From positions 18,723-82,722 of the forward strand of contig DATKPA010000037.1 of the NCBI GenBank assembly GCA_035524355.1: DNA of 64,000 nt. Direction: 5' to 3'. Positions within the stretch are counted from its first letter, which is position 1. The number at the start of each line of letters is the position of its first letter. The notes under the pieces were generated by a model. It was not told where the DNA came from. It was given only the letters and a program-made list of their open reading frames with translations, and made no database searches. Shown here piece by piece: positions 59,901 to 64,000 of this stretch. Position numbers and translations under genes: made by a program. The stretch comes from Phycisphaerae bacterium. Lineage in GTDB: Bacteria; Planctomycetota; Phycisphaerae; WQYP01.

Positions 59901-60534
59901 CGACCAGTCCCCCGCCGTGCAGGACCTCACCGACACCATGAAATCGCGAGTCCGATTGATGTCCAAATCATTGTCGCAACTCAATGCCAACCAGTCTCAA
60001 CCTTCCGCCCTGGACCTCGCCCGCACCGCGGCCTTTCTGCCTTCCTACGGAATCGCTCTTCAGTTGGCCGATTCTCCCACACGCCTGACCATCGAAAACT
60101 CCATACTCCTCGGCGAACTCAGCATCCTTGGCGCATCCATCCCCTCAATCAGCACGGAATCCCTCCCGGCCCTTCAAAAACTGATAGCCCGCAATCCCAA
60201 AAATAAAATCGGCGGAGAATGGCACCTGCGAGGCAACGATGTCACGCGCATCACCATCCTCCAGCAGTCGGGCAACGCTACACTGAGCTCCGTCCCATTC
60301 CACCTCTGGTTCCGCGAGAACGCGCTCTGGTCCAACAACAATGTGCTCGTCGCGTATCACCACGACTTTTCAGCCAACGCCTACCACGGCCAGGGCGACG
60401 CCGGCTGGGTCGTCGGTAACGATGCCACCTACGTCGCGAACTGGGCAACCAACGACTTCCGACTGTTCCATCTGTGCGGCAACACGCTCGCCACCGCAGC
60501 CGTAGCAAATGTTCGTCTGAACATCGTCGTTTAG
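56941..60534 (+). CDS. putative tail fibre / receptor-binding protein with Ig-like and right-handed beta-helix regions
   Basis: 1197 aa; conserved N-term MHGDFTRDTFNPKRHYQQVLLQQGRVLLDANFNEF; central Ig-like segments; C-terminal …IRGCGPGTRLRLQG…FRGCDIEAAD…IRDCTL… beta-helix-like repeats. Confidence 0.5.
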   Translation: MHGDFTRDTFNPKRHYQQVLLQQGRVLLDANFNEFAALLAHRDQTTAADLIGDCGGPADRAAFRIFSDLNELTADEKQHLADLHIATPLANGDFFISAGHYYVDGILCENESAIPFTNQPDRFNVQALPPGNYMLYADVFQRHLTELEAPSLREPALGGPDSATRAKTVWQIKADPIGPLNNPDVCSTGTLDHLRDPRTARLTADTIKPPADDDPCTLPPEAGYTGLENQLYRVEIHQPGKALDAANAPGVAVTLPAADAPQNVITIAAAVPWQKGQPIEIFPAKPGAPMRGQLAWLTDVAGTTLTINIPIDPAFVAADQPMARQVAATWKWSRENGSVVTTIEKIDGDKITVSSIGPDAKLQFAVDSWVEILDDALELEGLPGQLAQIKDIAGNVITLMSPANPLAATPANVDPARFPKLRRWEAIGAVKFIADPPSNWLPLESGIQIRFADADYRTGHYWQIPARTATAESPDGDIQWPTQNSLRVPRPPRGITHHLCKLAIVTVAAGSPTSLSSDCRCLFPALSATPRLFYLSGDGQEVMPVPTNAANLYKLPHPLIVGVANAQCLPAAATVRFTVTSGAGRVAAQGAAPAGASVDLPITSNGQAACDFHLDGTNWTQQVSAALLDQNGNAITPLIFFNANLSVAAQVAFDPGSCSGMQGRNTVQDAISQLASMARIDIFGGDGQDANPGDTLAKPIQVSISSACGPVAGAKISFQAEGNGALNGGGSGAAVTSGPDGLAACSWTPDPALPTQQLTATLVQTPANQPIEKPSQVIFTANIRQAGADGCCCVSIGPRGDFPTIEAALAKLLKTTPDICLCLMAGDHLLQKPLELTKPANVHIRGCGPGTRLRLQGAGIAARRLNSFALEDMQVLISRTNDPFVFLNCKSVLFRGCDIEAADKPIVLLRIAGADDLLIRDCTLQSLFPFWQSPIEGFDVTKVPGLTFPPPLDAITSQTYADAVEQIAQSLIKAPPAALKSYASLWGDQSPAVQDLTDTMKSRVRLMSKSLSQLNANQSQPSALDLARTAAFLPSYGIALQLADSPTRLTIENSILLGELSILGASIPSISTESLPALQKLIARNPKNKIGGEWHLRGNDVTRITILQQSGNATLSSVPFHLWFRENALWSNNNVLVAYHHDFSANAYHGQGDAGWVVGNDATYVANWATNDFRLFHLCGNTLATAAVANVRLNIVV

Positions 60535-60809
60535 ACGCGCACAATGTTGGCCTGCGGATTTGGCGCCCGCCCGTCTCTGATGAGGCAGTCGTACGCCTGC
60601 ATGCGGTGATCGAGTGCCAGTTGGAGAAAATATCGCGGGGTATCGATGCCCCTCTCTGCAGCGCGGGTCCGAGTTCCATCTACCCCAAGAACCAACTTCG
60701 TCTCCCATGGCGCGAAATGTCCCCGTGCCCGATCAGGGCACAGGTTGGGGACAGCCGTGGTAATGGCAGCGGGGGAAACGCGGTAAGTGTAGAAAAGAAG
60801 GCCCCTTGG

Positions 60810-60823
60810 AAGAGGCCTCTTTT
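60810..60823. terminator. short palindromic hairpin (AAGAGGCCTCTT) + T-run between fibre gene and tRNA-Ser; possible weak/bidirectional terminator
   Basis: perfect 12-nt palindrome read directly, followed by TT on + strand and U-rich run on - strand. Confidence 0.3.
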
Positions 60824-60828
60824 GAAAC

Positions 60829-60917
60829 GGAGAGAACGGGATTCGAACCCGTGGTAGAGTTATAAACCCTACACCGGTTTAGCAAACCGGCGCCTTCAGC
60901 CGCTCGGCCATCTCTCC
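60829..60917 (-). tRNA. tRNA-Ser (anticodon GCT)
   Basis: revcomp GGAGAGATGGCCGAGCGGCTGAAGGCGCCGGTTTGCTAAACCGGTGTAGGGTTTATAACTCTACCACGGGTTCGAATCCCGTTCTCTCC; long variable arm, anticodon loop TTGCTAA. Confidence 0.8.
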
Positions 60918-61051
60918 TTAAGCGCTCTGACAAAGGTATCGGCTGCGGGAGCGCGGGTCAATAGCACCAAAAGGGGCAATCGATCCCCTTTCGCAACCAG
61001 CACAAGCGGGCCGTTCCCTTTCCATCCCGCTCGCAGGCGGATTAAAAGCAA

Positions 61052-61495
61052 TTAGCTGTGGGGCATCAATTCGGTGGGGGCCACCGAGTCGCCGCCGTCG
61101 CCGAGTTGCCGCCCGACATAGCCCGGCTGTTCGGAGCGGTGCACTTCGTTGTTGAAGGCGGCGAGGATTTCCTTTTCGATCATCTGCCGGCAGTCGACGT
61201 TGATGGGGTGGGCGACGTCGCAGTGGAGTTTGACGCGCTCTCCAGCCGGAACCATCGCCGGGAGCTGTGCGCCGCACTGGTTGCAGAACCGTGCATGGAG
61301 ATGGTTCTTCGTCCGGCACTGCGGGCAGGCGGCCATGATCTTGCGCGAGGGCATCGCCACGAACAATCCGTTCGGCCCGTTGATGATCTTAATGTCACGC
61401 ACGACGAAGCAGCCGTCAATCGTGATGCAGCAGAAGCCGCGCAAGCGGTCCTGCCCGGACGGAGCAAGTTGGATGGCTACATCGGTGATCTTCAT
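61052..61495 (-). CDS. spoVG: SpoVG-family protein with inserted Cys4 zinc-ribbon
   Basis: MKITDVAIQLAP…LRGFCCITIDGCFVVRDIKIINGPNGLFVAMPSRK SpoVG core, followed by CPQCRTKNHLHARFCNQCG. Confidence 0.75.
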   Translation of the reverse strand: MKITDVAIQLAPSGQDRLRGFCCITIDGCFVVRDIKIINGPNGLFVAMPSRKIMAACPQCRTKNHLHARFCNQCGAQLPAMVPAGERVKLHCDVAHPINVDCRQMIEKEILAAFNNEVHRSEQPGYVGRQLGDGGDSVAPTELMPHS

Positions 61496-61996
61496 TGGGA
61501 ACTCCTGCACAAATGAGTTGGATGCGCGAACAAGCGTTCACTCACGCAAAAAAAGCCGATGCCTTTGCAAAGCGACTCCGGCTGCTGCATCGGTAAAACG
61601 AAGCGGGCCTCGACGGAGGATTGAGCGGCTGCCGCACTGCGCGTGGCGGTCGTCACTAAGCATACACTCTCACGCATCACTTGGAACACAAGTAGACCTC
61701 AGGGCAAAGGCAACAACCGTCCGTAATTGTACGTACACGCTTCCGCGTGCGGAAGTCACTCATTCGAGCCGCCGGTCTTTGCCACCAAGAACCAGCAAGT
61801 CTGGTCCTTCAAAAAAGATGAGAGGTGAACGATACGTCAACATTCTAACCACAAAGCCAGGCGACAACGAGAAAAATACCGTGATCTCCTTCTTCCACCG
61901 CCGCAACTAATATATCAATGGATGAATGTATTCGCCACTCCAATCCCGCGATTTGCTTGGCGCACGCCCCCGCGCCCCCGTATGCTCGCGCCCGCT

Positions 61997-62473
61997 ATGG
62001 TCAGAGCTTACATTGCAATCGGCTCAAATCTTGGTCAGCGCCAGGACGCAATCCGCGCCGCTCTCGCACGCCTGTACGAAGTCCCAGCCACCAGGGTGGC
62101 GGCGATCGCGACGTTCCGCGAGACCGATCCGGTCGATGCGCCGCCGGAGTCCGGACGCTTCATCAACGGGGCCGTCTGTCTCGAGACGGCGTTGTCGCCG
62201 GTGGAACTTCTGCGGCACCTGCTGCAGATCGAGCGGGAGATGGGGCGGAATCGCGCCGACGAGGGCCAGGTGCGCAACGCTCCGCGGGTACTCGACTTGG
62301 ATCTCCTTATGTATGCAGATGTTACGCTCGATGATGCGGAGCTGACGCTCCCCCATCCCCGCATGCACTCACGCCGTTTTGTGCTCGAGCCCCTGGCGGA
62401 AATCGCGCCCGATGTTCGTCACCCCGCCATCGGAAAAACCATCAAAGAACTTCTGGAAGAACTCACTGTTTAA
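61997..62473 (+). CDS. folK: 2-amino-4-hydroxy-6-hydroxymethyldihydropteridine diphosphokinase
   Basis: MVRAYIAIGSNLG…VLDLDLL…PHPRMHSRRFVLEPL HPPK blocks; start at internal Met. Confidence 0.85.
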   Translation: MVRAYIAIGSNLGQRQDAIRAALARLYEVPATRVAAIATFRETDPVDAPPESGRFINGAVCLETALSPVELLRHLLQIEREMGRNRADEGQVRNAPRVLDLDLLMYADVTLDDAELTLPHPRMHSRRFVLEPLAEIAPDVRHPAIGKTIKELLEELTV

Positions 62474-62486
62474 TCCCGGGTCCATC

Positions 62487-63374
62487 GTGCACGTCATCCA
62501 TCACATCCCAGAATTCCGGAAATGGCGACGCCGCCTGAGCGGTCCGGCGGCGGCGACGGTCACCTTCGCCCCGACCATGGGCGCGCTTCACGATGGTCAC
62601 GCCTCGCTTGTCAAAAGCGCGCGGAACCTCGCCCGCAACGGCACCGTCCTTTCGTCCATCTTCGTCAATCCCACTCAGTTTGGTCCCTCCGAAGATTTTT
62701 CCAAATATCCGCGAACGCTCGATGCGGACCTCCAGATCCTGGCCGACGCCGGGTGCGATGCGGTATTTGTTCCGTCCGCCGACGAGATGTATTCCGGCAT
62801 CCGCACGCTCAACTCCCAGGCGCTCGCGCAGATGACATCGATTGATCCCGGTCCCCTCTCGACCGTGCTCGAGGGGGCGATCCGTCCGGGCCATTTCCGC
62901 GGCGTGTGTACTGTGGTGGCGAAGTTGCTGAACGCCGTGCAACCGACCCACCTTCTTCTCGGACAGAAGGATTTTCAGCAGCAGGCGATCCTTCGGCGCA
63001 TGTGCATCGACCTCAACATGCCGGTGGAGGTCGTCACTTGTCCGACGGTGCGCGACGCGGACGGACTGGCGATGAGCAGCCGGAATCGGTATCTGAACCC
63101 GGACGAACGCTCCCGCGCGGTTGCCCTTTATGAGGGACTGACGGGTGCCAAGCGGCTTTACGATGCCGGCGAGCGTTCCGCGGCGACGCTCGAATCGGAA
63201 ATGAGGCTGCGCCTCGAAGCGCGGCATCTTCAGGTTCAATATGCCGTTGCGGCGCATCCGGAAACCCTCGCGCTCTGGGTGGCTCAGCCCGACGGGCGGA
63301 TCGCCGGACCCTGCGTGTTCCTGATTGCCGCCAAGCTCGGCTCCACCCGACTTATCGATAACATGCTGCTTTAA
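62487..63374 (+). CDS. panC: pantoate--beta-alanine ligase
   Basis: …FAPTMGALHDGHASL… HIGH-like motif, …FVNPTQF…, …RPGHFRGV…GQKDFQQ…MSSRN… PanC blocks; probable GTG start near 62487. Confidence 0.85.
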   Translation: MHVIHHIPEFRKWRRRLSGPAAATVTFAPTMGALHDGHASLVKSARNLARNGTVLSSIFVNPTQFGPSEDFSKYPRTLDADLQILADAGCDAVFVPSADEMYSGIRTLNSQALAQMTSIDPGPLSTVLEGAIRPGHFRGVCTVVAKLLNAVQPTHLLLGQKDFQQQAILRRMCIDLNMPVEVVTCPTVRDADGLAMSSRNRYLNPDERSRAVALYEGLTGAKRLYDAGERSAATLESEMRLRLEARHLQVQYAVAAHPETLALWVAQPDGRIAGPCVFLIAAKLGSTRLIDNMLL

Positions 63375-63442
63375 CACTCTTCCCGAAACGTCAGGCGACC
63401 CGCGGCAACAATCAAGCACGTCCTGGTTCCTTTGGAGATTCC

Positions 63443-64000
63443 ATGAAGTTGATCCCTGCTCCCGCGAAATTGGCCCTCGTTCTCTCCGGTATTGTCACTC
63501 TCGCGGGCTGCTCGCTCGGCCACGAAGATCCCAAATGCATTGATGTGCGCCCCAGCTATCCGGTCCGCTACGCCACCGACCGCATCAGTCCGGCCGTCGT
63601 ACGCCTCGATATTGTCTCGGAGAACTTCCAGCAGGGACAGGCGCGTTCTGAACGCTCCATCGGCTCCGGCGTCATCATCGACGACCAGGGCCACGTCCTC
63701 ACGAACTTCCACGTCGCCGGACGCGCAAAACGCATCGACATTACTCTTTCCAGCCTCGAGCATGTGCGGGCCAATCTGCTCGGTTCTGACCATTGGACCG
63801 ATCTGGCTCTGGTGCAGCTCGACATGGATGAAGTGCACCGCCGGCACCTGACGTTCTCGCACGCCGACCTGGGGGATTCCTCCAAGGTCATGCTGGCGCA
63901 GCCCGTGATGGCGGTGGGAACGCCGTACGGCCTCTCGCGAACCGTCACGGCGGGCATTGTGTCCAATACCGACCGGACCTTCGATGAATCCGACATCGAC
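63443..64000 (+). CDS. HtrA/DegP-family (S1C) serine protease lipoprotein; partial, continues beyond window end
   Basis: MKLIPAPAKLALVLSGIVTLAGC lipobox; …GSGVIIDDQGHVLTNFHV… (catalytic His) and …DLALVQL… (Asp); not in ORF track because no stop in window. Confidence 0.7.
   Translation, partial: MKLIPAPAKLALVLSGIVTLAGCSLGHEDPKCIDVRPSYPVRYATDRISPAVVRLDIVSENFQQGQARSERSIGSGVIIDDQGHVLTNFHVAGRAKRIDITLSSLEHVRANLLGSDHWTDLALVQLDMDEVHRRHLTFSHADLGDSSKVMLAQPVMAVGTPYGLSRTVTAGIVSNTDRTFDESDID

Noticed and set aside
35319-60534. Possibility that the contractile-tail cluster is a prophage or R-type tailocin
   Set aside because: No capsid, portal, terminase, integrase, holin/endolysin or regulatory repressor genes. 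Presence of DUF4255 cap plus AAA+ ATPase points to eCIS.
35319-60534. Possibility that the cluster is a type VI secretion system
   Set aside because: No TssJ/L/M membrane complex, TssA, ClpV-type unfoldase layout or Hcp; tube is gp19-like and a fibre gene is present.
60474-60857. 127-aa + strand ORF
   Set aside because: Extends into tRNA-Ser; Arg-rich low-complexity.
1-64000. CRISPR arrays
   Set aside because: No regularly spaced short direct repeats seen. The only tandem array (24901-25095) has ~52-nt units without spacers.

Overview
This is a high-GC bacterial chromosomal segment. Secreted-protein architecture (a choice-of-anchor-D-like repeat protein and a LamG lectin-like protein) hints at Planctomycetota or Verrucomicrobiota, but the phylum is not established.

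The first ~35 kb and last ~3.5 kb are mostly housekeeping genes:
- core metabolism and translation: trxB, folD, tyrS, trpC, ribF, nrnA, scpB, yebC, aroK, deaD, rsmH, spoVG, folK, panC, a partial htrA
- two tRNAs: tRNA-Ala(GGC) with its terminator, and tRNA-Ser(GCT)
- accessory pieces: a vapBC toxin-antitoxin pair, an IS-type transposase remnant, a KAP-family P-loop NTPase in a lower-GC pocket preceded by a ~52-nt tandem repeat, and a ~1180-aa secreted protein with two FKBP-like domains

The most notable feature is a ~25 kb, 18-gene, single-strand, translationally coupled locus at 35319-60534. It encodes a contractile phage-tail-like apparatus: sheath, tube, DUF4255 cap, AAA+ ATPase, gpD-like hub, gpV-like spike, DUF4280/PAAR-like tip, LysM protein, gp25-like protein, two baseplate-J-like proteins, a gpI-like protein and a fibre. 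There is no capsid, terminase, integrase or lysis gene, so this is an extracellular contractile injection system (eCIS / phage tail-like translocation structure), not a prophage or tailocin.

Five things about the locus stand out:
- no recognisable tape-measure gene
- an 890-aa protein with an HNH-like nuclease motif sits where the tape measure would be
- a PA14 carbohydrate-binding domain is inserted in the second baseplate-J-like protein
- three small hypothetical proteins, one of them Cys-rich, lie between tube and cap
- tRNA-Ser abuts the fibre gene

All functional calls are from reading translated motifs by eye. No database search was run.
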